Source: an uncultured Actinomycetes bacterium (lineage in GTDB: Bacteria; Actinomycetota; Thermoleophilia; Gaiellales; JAICJC01). Taken from it: a stretch of 64,000 bases of DNA. Location: the NCBI GenBank assembly GCA_963811675.1, contig CAWESH010000013.1, positions 10,907 through 74,906 of the forward strand, read 5' to 3'. Of this stretch, positions 18,923-28,259 are shown in pieces. A program made the translations under genes and the position numbers. Every line of letters begins with the position of its first letter. The stretch's first letter is position 1. Below the pieces are notes generated by a model. That model made no database searches. It saw only the letters and a list, made by a program, of their open reading frames with translations, and had not been told where the DNA came from.

Positions 18923-21900
18923 ATGACACTTCGCTTCGAGGCTGACCTTGAAGCGGCCGCCGAATCCGCAGCTGCATGGAGTGGCGAGCCGTTTCTTCAC
19001 GATGGTGAGGATGCCGCCGTCGCACTCGCGACGGGCACGGTACGTCGCGCCGCGCTCGATGCCGCCCTCGAGCAGATCAACGTCGGTGCGCTGTATCCGA
19101 GCTTCGAGTGGCGCCGCGACTACGCGCTCGTGCTGGGTCTGGAGCGGGTGCTGTCGGAGTCCCAGCCCAAGCTCGCTTCCGGCACCACGCTACGCCGTCA
19201 CCAGGTCGACGCGCTGGCGGGGCAGCTGGCCGCCCTGATCGGTGACTTGCAGCGGGTTGAGCCCGACGAGAACGGCGTCGAGGAAGACGACGACGACGAG
19301 GAGACCGGCGAGATCGAACTCGCTGAGGTGGTCGAGGACGACGAAGAGTTCGATGATGACGAGGAAGAGTTGCGACGAAGACGAGGACGACGACGAAGAC
19401 GACGACGACGACGACGACGATGACGATGACGATGAGGACGAGCCCGAGAGCGGAGTGCAGCTGGTGGCAGCTGATCCTGCGGTGGTCGCCCTCGAGGACG
19501 TCGACGATGAGCTCAACGGTGACGAACCGCCGCCTCCGGATCCCGGCGCGCGCCGCCGCTACCGGTTCAAGCACCCGACGGCGTCCGGGAAGACCATCGC
19601 CGCCGCCGGATTCGTGGAGGCCGCCCGCTCCACCGGTGTTCTGATCCTCACCCACCGCCGGCTGCTGGTCGACCAGTTCACCCGCGACCTGACCAAGGAG
19701 GGGTACGGCGACCGTTTGACGCCGCCGATCCTGCGCGGCGAGTCCCAGCCAGAAGCCCCGCCACTGACGATCAACACCTACTCGTGGTTCATCAAGCACT
19801 CCGGCGACCTGCGCACCGACGTCTACGGCGTGGTCGTCTGCGACGAGGCGCACACCGCCCTGGGCGAGAAGACCGCCGCCACCATCCGAGCCTTCAACGA
19901 GCCGGTCTACATCGGCATGACAGCCACCGACCAGCTGCTGCAAAAGCACGTGGCGGACGTGTTCCCCGCCGAGGTTGCCGACTTCCCGCTGGGCGAGGCC
20001 GTCCGCCGGGGAGTGGTGTCGCCGCTTCGGTGCGTGCGCGTACGGCCGATCGCCTCGGTGCGAAACGTGGACATCGTGGGCGGAGACTTCGATCAGGGCC
20101 AGCTGGCCGCGGCTCTCGACCTCGATCCCCTCAACCTGGCCGCCGCCGACCTGTACCAGAGCCGGTTCGGCGACACCCCTGGAATCGTGTACGCCGCCGG
20201 CGTCGAGCACGCCGGCCGGGTGGCTGCCGCGATGCGTGCGATCGGGATGAAAGCTGCCGCCGTCTCCGGTCGCACGCCTCCCCGCGAGCTGGCCGAGACG
20301 CTGGCCGCCTACGATCGCGGAGATATCGACGTGCTGGTCAACGCCCAGCTGCTGGCCGAGGGCTGGAATGCGCCCCGCGCGACGGTGTGCATGCACCTGG
20401 CGCCGACCGCGAGCCGCCGCGTCTACCAGCAGCGAGTCGGCCGGATCATGCGGCTGCACCGCCGCAAGGAAGCCGGCATCGTGGTCGACTTCGCCGAGGC
20501 CGGTGCGCCTCACACCGAACGTACCGTGACCCTGCACTCGCTTCTGAACGTCGATGCCTACCGGCCTGGGGGGCTGGTTACGCCGCCACCCAACCGTCGC
20601 CGCCGGCGCCGTAAACCGGCCAAGCCGATCATCAAAGAGCAGGCCTGGATCGTCCCGGTGTCGGATGATCCCGAGCGGCGGATCGCGGTCATCGCAACCC
20701 AGTGGAAGCTGGTGGATGCATCTAAGCTGGCATTGGACGAGCAGCGGGCCTGGGCGGTGGTCGCCGCTCGGTCGGTGACCCCTTCGGACGTCAATAACCT
20801 GGCCGAACGGATCGCTGCGCTCCAGCCCGAGTCGCGCGAGCTCTTCCTGTACACCTGCGCGGCCGAGAATCGCCACCGCCGGCTGCGGCTCACCGCGCTC
20901 GGCGACCTGGCCGCGCAGCGCCCCAGCCAGACCACGTTTGCGATGGCCTGCCGGCTGGTCGAGGCAGCCCCGACCTGGCAGCAGGATCGAGGGCAAGGGG
21001 CTCGGGTGTTGCTGCTGGCGATGGGCGATGCCAAGATCGAGGCGCCGTCCGATCGGATCGTGTCGTGGACGTGGCAGCTGGCGCGGGCCGCGCGCGACCA
21101 CCAATACCGCTTCGCCGGGTCGCACATCACCGACGGACGCAGCCTGCTGGGCGCACTCGCCGGTGCCGGCTCAGAGCACGCCCACGCCGAGGCGGCGGTA
21201 CGTCTGGCCCAGATCGCCCGGGCAGCGCCGCTGGAGGCCGGAGCAGCGCTGCTTGCGGTGGCATCTCCCCGGCGCGGCTCTGCAGCCGAGCGGATGGTGG
21301 AACTCACCCGCCAGGAGCTGTCCAAGGATCCACAGCGGCTAGCGGCAGCGCTCGGTTCCAACATTCCCGCGCCGATGCCGCGGGCAAAATCGGGCAAGCG
21401 GTCCAAGCGAAAGGCGGAGGCTGAGCGCGCCCAGACGGTCTCGTTCAACGGCGCAGTGGTCGGATCCACGCCGCCGGCAGTGCCGATCAGCAAGGCCGAG
21501 TCGGGGCTCGAGATCGAGATCGCGCCGGCAGTTGCGGTGCGCCTGCGCGACGACGCCGACGCGGTGGTGGTGGAGCGGTTGGGCTCCGATCAACCGATCC
21601 GGTGGCGCCTGAACGGAGGCGAGGAGCGGTACGCGACAGCGATCGAGGTGCGGGCCGCCGCGGCCGAGAAGGAGCCGCTGCAGGTATCCGTGGCAAAGCT
21701 TCTGAACGAGCCCGACAAGAGCGATCGGATCGCCCGGATCGACGTCGACGGTGCCGGGCTGGGACTGCCGTTGACCACCGAAGAGGCGACGGTGCTGGCC
21801 GATGACGCCGCCCGCAGGGTGCTGGCCCAGCTCAAGGGCGCGGGTGTGAGGGGCAGGGTGCGGGTTGAGTTCGAAGTGACCGGACCGGACGGCAAGGTAA

Positions 21901-22109
21901 CCCGGGATTCGCGACCTGGGGCGGTGCGGAAGATTGCCCGAGGCGAGCCCGTGGGGGTTTCGGCCGACCGTCGCGACCGCCGTAGGCGCAGCCGTGGGAG
22001 GGGCCGGAAGCGACCGCTGGAGGAGGGTGGGACAGCCTCCGAGAACGGCGCCACAGCCGCTGCCGAAGCGGTCAAACCCGACGCCGCCGGTACCCCCGAA
22101 ATTTTGTAG
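18923..22109 (+). CDS. Large SF2 DEAH-box (ResIII-type) helicase with acidic insert (indel near 19370)
   Basis: LRRHQ Q-motif, PTASGKT, CDEAH, GMTAT, LLAEGWNAP, QQRVGRIMR. Confidence 0.9.
19283..19441 (+). repeat. GAC/GAT/GAG trinucleotide low-complexity tract (poly-Asp/Glu)
   Basis: Run of GAC GAC GAC ... GAT GAC codons. Confidence 0.9.
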
Positions 22110-22110
22110 T

Positions 22111-22138
22111 TTGCAACTCTCGGCACGCTCGCTACACT
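22111..22138 (+). promoter_or_regulatory. Housekeeping sigma promoter for csp-infA with a leader of about 85 nt
   Basis: TTGCAA-N16-TACACT. Confidence 0.6.
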
Positions 22139-22229
22139 TTCCGGCTGTGACCCGATGAGCGGGCCATGAACGTGCAAGGTTCGTGAGGTGCGGTCCTGCG
22201 TCGTTCTCATCCCCGACCAGGAGCGCTCC

Positions 22230-22436
22230 ATGGCAACTGGCACAGTCAAGTGGTTCTCGCAGGCGAAGGGCTTTGGCTTCATTCAGCCCGACGACGGTGG
22301 GGCCGATCTGTTTATCCACTTCTCGAACATCGCGGGCGCAGGATTCCGGAACCTCGAGGAGGGCCAGAAGGTCGAGTACGAGGCCCAGGAGGGCCGCAAG
22401 GGAATGGAAGCTACCAACGTCAGCGTGGTTGGCTAA
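22230..22436 (+). CDS. cspA: Cold-shock protein
   Basis: [25 protein letters not shown] (RNP1/RNP2). Confidence 0.96.
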   Translation: MATGTVKWFSQAKGFGFIQPDDGGADLFIHFSNIAGAGFRNLEEGQKVEYEAQEGRKGMEATNVSVVG

Positions 22437-22447
22437 CCGAGGACTCT

Positions 22448-22666
22448 GTGGTCAAGGAAGAGACTATTGAGGTAGAGGGCGAGGTCACAGAAGCCCTGCC
22501 CAACACGATGTTTCGTGTCCAGCTCGACAACGGCCATTCGGTGCTGGGACACATCTCCGGCAAGATGCGGCGCTACTACATCCGGATTCTGCCCGGCGAT
22601 CGGGTCAAGGTGGAACTCTCCCCGTACGACCTGACCCGCGGTCGCATTACCTATCGCTTCAAGTAG
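22448..22666 (+). CDS. infA: Translation initiation factor IF-1
   Basis: [22 protein letters not shown]...HISGKMR...[12 protein letters not shown]. Confidence 0.98.
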   Translation: MVKEETIEVEGEVTEALPNTMFRVQLDNGHSVLGHISGKMRRYYIRILPGDRVKVELSPYDLTRGRITYRFK

Positions 22667-23335
22667 CCGGCGCCGCCACGCGCCGCCAGCGCCTCGGACT
22701 GCCTGCGGGCGATGAGGTCGTCGAGCGCCGCGCGGTCGCCGTTGCGCAACAGCACGATTGGGTCGGGGGTGCCGTTGACGATGCCCTCAAAGAACCGTTT
22801 GCGATCGTCGTAGGTGGGTAGCTGGGACTTCGCCCATCCCCGCACGTCGTTGAGGATGCCGGCGAGCTCGGCGTGCGCCGGGCCGTACAACTCGGCGATC
22901 TCGCGCTTCATCCGCTTGGCCAGCGCCGGGCTTGCTCCCGCGGTCGATATTGCGATGGCTATCGGTCCGGTGCGGACGATGGCCGGCAGGATGAAGCTGC
23001 ACAGGGGCGGCACGTCCACCACGTTGCAGAGCATGGAGCGGGCCTCGGCCTGTTCGAACACCGCCACGTTGACGTCGGTGGACGAGGTGGCCGCGATCGC
23101 CAGGAAGTGGCCCTCGAGATCGCCGCCTTGGAACGGCCGCTTGGTCAGCTCGATGTCGCCGGAGGCGGCCAGCTGCTCGATCTCGGGGGATGACGTCGGG
23201 CGCGATCACATGCACGCGGGCGTCACATGCGAGCAGCCCTTCGACCTTCTCCAAGGCGATCGAACCCGCTCCCACAACCAGGCAGCGGCGGTCGGTCAGC
23301 TTTAGGCAGGCGACATAGAAGGTGGTATCCAGCAT
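22651..23335 (-). CDS. Precorrin-2 dehydrogenase / sirohydrochlorin ferrochelatase (CysG N-terminal type; indel near 23190)
   Basis: [44 protein letters not shown]. Confidence 0.9.
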
Positions 23336-23472
23336 GTCGGCCACGCAACGTTGATCACACACTGCGAGCCGGTGTTGACAGACACACGGTTTTCCACGGT
23401 AGGCCTGTGCTGGCATGGACAGAATGGTAATCACTCAGTCGCGGAAATCCGCCGGACCGATAAGATCGACAG

Positions 23473-23880
23473 ATGAACGTCCCCTTCCAGCGCCATCGGC
23501 ACGAGACCGTTGAGCAGTGCATGAGCCGGGAGCTGCTGACCACCGCCGAGAGCGACAGCTTGATCCACGCCGCCAGCGTGATGGCCAAGCGCAGGGTCGG
23601 TGCGGTGCTGGTGACCGACGGCGAGGCGCTGATCGGGATCATGACCGAGCGGGATGTGCTGCGCGCTGTGGGGTCGGGCAAAATCGACGGCACCGTGGGT
23701 GACTGGATGACCCGCGACCCCATCACCGTCGGTCCAGACGCGACTCACGGCGAAGCGGCGATGATGATGATCCACGGCGGGTTCCGACATGTGCCGATCA
23801 TCGAGTCCGGCAAGTTGGTGGGGATCGTCTCGATTCGCGATCTGTTGCTGTTGCCCAACGCGACGCCGGCCGGCGCGTAG
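23473..23880 (+). CDS. CBS-domain protein
   Basis: Two CBS motifs (GIMTERDVLR, FRHVPI...GIVSIRDL); -10 TAAGAT 6 nt before ATG. Confidence 0.92.
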   Translation: MNVPFQRHRHETVEQCMSRELLTTAESDSLIHAASVMAKRRVGAVLVTDGEALIGIMTERDVLRAVGSGKIDGTVGDWMTRDPITVGPDATHGEAAMMMIHGGFRHVPIIESGKLVGIVSIRDLLLLPNATPAGA

Positions 23881-23892
23881 CCGGGGCTTCGC

Positions 23893-24639
23893 ATGCCGGC
23901 GGACTTGGAGGGGCGCACCGCGATCGTGACCGGCGGTGCTCGGGGCATCGGCGAAGCGATTGTGCAGCGGCTGGCCGAGGCCGGCTGCAACCTGGTGATC
24001 AACTGTCACACGTCGGTGGACGCCGCCGAGGCGCTGGCCGAAACCGTGCGCGCGGGCGGCAGCGGCGCGGAGGTGGTAGCGGGATCGATCGCCGACCCCG
24101 GCACCGGCGAGGCACTGGCGGCGCGGGCGATGGAGGTATTCGGCCGGATCGATATCCTGGTCAACAACGCCGGGATCAACCGCGATGTGACCATTCGCAA
24201 GATGACCGACGAGGCCTTCACCGAGGTGATCGAGACCAACCTGACCGGCACCCATCGAGTCACAAAGGCGGTGCTCGATCCGATGTGTGAGACTGGGTTC
24301 GGCCGGATCATCAGTGTTTCCAGCTTCGTCGGCCAGCTCGGCAATTACGGTCAGTCCAACTATGCGGCCACCAAGGGCGGGCTGATCGCGTGGACGAAGA
24401 CGGTCGCCTATGAGGTGGCCCGCTATGGGGTCACGGTCAACTGCATCTGCCCGGGGTTCACCGAAACCGACATGCTGCGCGGCGTCTCTGACGACGTCCG
24501 CGAAAAGCTGCGGGCGCGGATACCGCTGGGTCGGTTCGGCACCTCTGACGAGGTCGCGCAGGCCGCGGTGTACCTGGTGCGGGACGGCGACTACATCACC
24601 GGGAGCTGTCTCAACATCAACGGCGGGATCTTCATGTGA
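23893..24639 (+). CDS. SDR, acetoacetyl-CoA reductase (PhaB) / FabG-like
   Basis: TGGARGIG, NNAGINRD..RKMT, GQSNYAATK, YITGSCLNINGG. Confidence 0.9.
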   Translation: MPADLEGRTAIVTGGARGIGEAIVQRLAEAGCNLVINCHTSVDAAEALAETVRAGGSGAEVVAGSIADPGTGEALAARAMEVFGRIDILVNNAGINRDVTIRKMTDEAFTEVIETNLTGTHRVTKAVLDPMCETGFGRIISVSSFVGQLGNYGQSNYAATKGGLIAWTKTVAYEVARYGVTVNCICPGFTETDMLRGVSDDVREKLRARIPLGRFGTSDEVAQAAVYLVRDGDYITGSCLNINGGIFM

Positions 24640-25031
24640 GCATCCGGCTGGGTGAATCCGGCGAGCGGGAGTTTGCGGTCACAGATGCCGTTTTGGAGCA
24701 CTTCGCCGAGGCCTGCGGCGATCGAAACCCGGTCCACTTCGACGACGACTATGCGGCCGGCACACGGTTCGGCGGCCGGATTGCCCACGGCATGCTGACC
24801 GCGGGCTTCATCTCCTCCGTCCTGGCCAACGATCTGCCCGGCCCCGGCACGGTGTATCTGGGCCAGGAAATTGCATTCAAGGCACCCGTTCGCCCCGGGG
24901 ACACCGTGCGTGTCCGGGTCGAACTGGTGGAGGTGAGCGAGCGCGGACGAGCGGTGTTTGCCACAACGGCATGGGTGGGGGAGACGTTGGTTGCCGACGG
25001 GCTGGCGACCGTGCTTGTGCCCCCCAAGTAG
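24636..25031 (+). CDS. MaoC-family (R)-specific enoyl-CoA hydratase (PhaJ-like)
   Basis: GDRNPVHFD, IAHGML, PGPGTVYLGQEIAFKAPV; GTGA coupling. Confidence 0.92.
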   Translation: MSIRLGESGEREFAVTDAVLEHFAEACGDRNPVHFDDDYAAGTRFGGRIAHGMLTAGFISSVLANDLPGPGTVYLGQEIAFKAPVRPGDTVRVRVELVEVSERGRAVFATTAWVGETLVADGLATVLVPPK

Positions 25032-25088
25032 AGCAGCGTTTGCGATAGCCGCCGCTGGTTAGATAACTCAGCTTCGCGGGTTTCACGT

Positions 25089-25116
25089 TGTTTCTATAAA
25101 GATGGTTACCGTTTCA
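25089..25116 (-). other. Possible dif/Xer-like tyrosine recombinase site
   Basis: Minus strand TGAAACGGTAA-CCATCT-TTATAGAAACA (11-6-11 architecture) in an AT-rich intergenic patch. Confidence 0.3.
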
Positions 25117-25237
25117 GGAGGGTTGCTAACGAACGCAGGTCGCGGATCTGTCGACGCTGTGACGTTACGGCGCAGGTGACGGCTGCAAGCCGCCACGCTG
25201 TGAGCACAAGCAGCCCTCGACGCGATAGGCTGGGTGC

Positions 25238-26869
25238 GTGCGCAGCGGAATTATTACGGTGCCGGCACCCACCAACGAACCGGTGCTGACCTATGCCCCC
25301 GGTTCCCCCGAGCGAACCAGTTTGAAGGTGCGCCTGGACGAGATTGCGGCCGCGTCCATCGAGATTCCGCTGGTGATCGGCGGCCAGGAGGTGCGCACCG
25401 GCGTTACCGGCACTGTGGTGATGCCTCACGATCACCAGCACGTGCTTGCCACCTACCACCAGGGCGGGGAAGCGGAGGTGCTGAGCGCGATCGCGGCTGC
25501 TGCGGACGCCCGCCGAGAGTGGGCTGCGGCCGGGTGGGAGCAGCGGGCCGCCGTGTTCCTGCGGGCCGCTGACCTGCTGGCCGGACCGTGGCGCGACACG
25601 CTCAACGCCGCGACCATGCTGGGGCAGTCGAAGACCGCGTACCAGGCCGAGATCGACGCCGCCTGCGAGCTGGCCGACTTCTGGCGCTTCAACGTCGCCT
25701 ACATGGAGCGGCTGATGAGCGAGCAGCCGATCTCCTCGCCGGGAGTATGGAATCAGGTCGAGTACCGGCCGCTGGAGGGATTCGTGTTCGCGGTGGCGCC
25801 GTTCAACTTCACCGCCATCGCCGGCAACCTGCCCACCGCCCCGGCCATGATGGGAAACACGGTGCTGCTCAAGCCGGCGTCATCGGCGGTGCTTTCGGCC
25901 CATTACCTGGTCAAGCTGCTGGAGGAGGCGGGAATGCCGCCGGGCGTCGTCAACCTGGTGCTCGGCTCAGGTCGTGACATCGGCGACCCGGTGCTGGCCC
26001 ATCCCGATTTCGCCGGCATCCATTTCACCGGGTCGACCGCGGTATTCCACGGTATGTGGCGCACCATCGGCCAAAATATCGACCGGTATCGCAGCTACCC
26101 GCGGATCGTGGGCGAGACCGGCGGCAAGGATTTCATCTTCGCTCACCCGTCGGCCGATCCCGACGCCGTGGCCACCGCGATCATTCGCGGCGGCTTCGAG
26201 TACCAGGGACAGAAGTGCTCGGCCTGCTCACGGGTGTACGCGCCCTCCAACCTGTGGCCCGAGATCCGAGCCCGGCTCGAGCGGGAGGTGGCCGAGATCG
26301 CGGTCGGGGACGTGCGCGACTTCCGCAACTTCATGGGTGCCGTGATCGATGCCAGCGCGTTTGGCACGCACAAGCAGGCCATCGAGGCAGCTCGGGCATC
26401 GGCGGACGCCGACGTGCTGGTGGGAGGCGAGGTCGACGATTCGCGCGGGTATTTCGTGCGCCCGACGGTGATCACCACCACCGATCCGACCTACGACACC
26501 ATGCAGCGAGAACTCTTCGGGCCGGTGGTGACGGTGTACGAGTACGGCGAGCAGCGGGTCGAAGAGACGCTCGCCCTGTGCGACTCGACGTCGCCGTATG
26601 CGCTCACCGGCGCCATCTTTGCGACCGACCGAGGCGCGGTCGAGCATGCCGCCGACGCGCTTCGCAATGCCGCCGGCAACTTCTACATCAACGACAAGCC
26701 GACCGGTGCAGTGGTCGGTCAGCAGCCGTTCGGAGGTGCCCGGGCCTCGGGTACCAACGACAAGGCCGGGTCGCTGTGGAATCTGATCCGCTGGACCAGC
26801 CCGCGCACGATCAAGGAGACGTTTGTGCCTGCCACCGACTACCGGTATCCGTTCATGGAGGCAGAGTGA
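25238..26869 (+). CDS. pruA: L-glutamate gamma-semialdehyde (P5C) dehydrogenase
   Basis: NEPVLTYAPGSPER, QAEIDAACEL, GETGGKDF, FEYQGQKCSA, GNFYINDKPTGAVVGQQPFGG. Confidence 0.97.
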   Translation: MRSGIITVPAPTNEPVLTYAPGSPERTSLKVRLDEIAAASIEIPLVIGGQEVRTGVTGTVVMPHDHQHVLATYHQGGEAEVLSAIAAAADARREWAAAGWEQRAAVFLRAADLLAGPWRDTLNAATMLGQSKTAYQAEIDAACELADFWRFNVAYMERLMSEQPISSPGVWNQVEYRPLEGFVFAVAPFNFTAIAGNLPTAPAMMGNTVLLKPASSAVLSAHYLVKLLEEAGMPPGVVNLVLGSGRDIGDPVLAHPDFAGIHFTGSTAVFHGMWRTIGQNIDRYRSYPRIVGETGGKDFIFAHPSADPDAVATAIIRGGFEYQGQKCSACSRVYAPSNLWPEIRARLEREVAEIAVGDVRDFRNFMGAVIDASAFGTHKQAIEAARASADADVLVGGEVDDSRGYFVRPTVITTTDPTYDTMQRELFGPVVTVYEYGEQRVEETLALCDSTSPYALTGAIFATDRGAVEHAADALRNAAGNFYINDKPTGAVVGQQPFGGARASGTNDKAGSLWNLIRWTSPRTIKETFVPATDYRYPFMEAE

Positions 26870-27444
26870 GTGAGGACGAGGCCCGCGCCGCTGTGGAGGC
26901 CCTGGTGGGGCGCGACGACGTGTTCGCCGAGAGCCAGGACGGCGAGCGCTATCGAGTCACGGTGGAACGCGTGGAGGGTGGGGCGATGACCGTGCTTGCC
27001 CCGCGCATGAAGGTGGGATCGATGGACACGCTCACGCTGCGTTTTCCCCACGGCAGCCAGATCTGGCAGGCCGCCTACGGTTTCGGCTCGGCCGACTACC
27101 ACAGCGATGAGCTGGCCCGGGTCGAGCTGGAGCTGCGTGCGATCGAGCCGGTCGCCAGCGGCGAGCGGGCTGAGCGCACAGCCCAACACGCACTCGGCAA
27201 GCTGCGCGTGATCGAAGCCAAACACGTGCTGCCGCGAAACGAGTATCCGGTGACGGTCGAGGACACCTCCGAGTCGGGCCTGCGGTTCTCGTGCGACTTC
27301 GACGTGGCTGTGGGCGACGACTTCACCGTCACCGTCAACCTGGACGAGGGTCTGCCGATGCACGTGCGTGCGATTGCTGTTGAGGTCGAGCCGGCGGCCT
27401 TCGGGCGAAAAGTGGTTCGCGCGAAGATCGAATTCCCCAGTTGA
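26866..27444 (+). CDS. PilZ-domain protein (RxxxR motif degenerate)
   Basis: GTGA coupling to pruA; EDTSESGLRF matches DxSxxG; beta-rich. Confidence 0.7.
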   Translation: MSEDEARAAVEALVGRDDVFAESQDGERYRVTVERVEGGAMTVLAPRMKVGSMDTLTLRFPHGSQIWQAAYGFGSADYHSDELARVELELRAIEPVASGERAERTAQHALGKLRVIEAKHVLPRNEYPVTVEDTSESGLRFSCDFDVAVGDDFTVTVNLDEGLPMHVRAIAVEVEPAAFGRKVVRAKIEFPS

Positions 27445-27447
27445 CGT

Positions 27448-27475
27448 TTTAGCCGGAGAGATCCCGTGCCGATAC
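27448..27475 (+). promoter_or_regulatory. sigma28/WhiG-type promoter
   Basis: TTTA-N16-GCCGATAC, 9 nt before GTG 27485. Confidence 0.55.
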
Positions 27476-27484
27476 ACCCGGCAC

Positions 27485-28171
27485 GTGAGTGGCAGTGACC
27501 GCAGAGAATTCCATCGTGTCCATGCCCGTGTCCTGATCTCGTGCCTGACGATCGATGCGGACGGTAGCCCGCGCCTGCTCAAAGTTCGCCCCGCCGATCT
27601 CTCGGCCGGCGGCATGTCAGTGGTGGCCGATAGCCGGCTCGAGCTGAACCAGCGCATGCGCCTGAGCGTGCAGGTGGGAGACCCGCCCGAGCAGCTCAAG
27701 CTGGACGCCGTCGTCTCTCGGATCGAGCCGCTGCAGGGCGGTCGGTATGTGTGTGGCCTGAAGTTTCGCGATCTCGACCCCGATCGCGAGCGGCGCCTGG
27801 TGCAGGCGGTGTTCGCGCACGAGCAGGAGAACGTCGCCCGTCATCGCCACGCTCGCATGACGGTGTGGGAGGCGGTCACGATCTCGACGGCGGACGGCGT
27901 CGAGTCGACCGGACGCGCGCTCGCTCTCTCGCCCGACGACCTGCGAATTGTGACTCGCACCAAGATCGAGCGAAATGACCGGGTACGCGTGGTTATGGAG
28001 GTCTCCGAGCTGAGCCTGGTGCTGGACGTGGTGGTGGTGGCTCGGGAGGTCGACACCGACTCGCTGGGCGTGCGCTCCTGCACCCTGGAGTTCGACGAGC
28101 TCGACCGCGTCACCCGCGCCACCATCCTCCGCCACGTGATGGAACAAGAGCGCCGCGACCTCTCGAAGTGA
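27485..28171 (+). CDS. Tandem PilZ-domain protein (c-di-GMP receptor)
   Basis: DRREFHR (RxxxR) and DLSAGG (DxSxxG); second, degenerate PilZ domain (RHRHAR, ALSPDD). Confidence 0.88.
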   Translation: MSGSDRREFHRVHARVLISCLTIDADGSPRLLKVRPADLSAGGMSVVADSRLELNQRMRLSVQVGDPPEQLKLDAVVSRIEPLQGGRYVCGLKFRDLDPDRERRLVQAVFAHEQENVARHRHARMTVWEAVTISTADGVESTGRALALSPDDLRIVTRTKIERNDRVRVVMEVSELSLVLDVVVVAREVDTDSLGVRSCTLEFDELDRVTRATILRHVMEQERRDLSK

Positions 28172-28199
28172 ATAATTGGTGCCAGGCACCAATTATTCA
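28169..28199. repeat. REP-like palindrome, copy 3 (compensatory variant)
   Basis: TGAATAATTGGTGCC-A-GGCACCAATTATTCA; includes the PilZ gene stop codon. Confidence 0.93.
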
Positions 28200-28213
28200 T
28201 CCAGGCGTCGGTG

Positions 28214-28244
28214 GTGAATAACGGTGCCAGGCACCGTTATTCAC
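28214..28244. repeat. REP-like palindrome, copy 4
   Basis: GTGAATAACGGTGCC-A-GGCACCGTTATTCAC. Confidence 0.95.
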
Positions 28245-28259
28245 GGGTAGCATTGGCCG

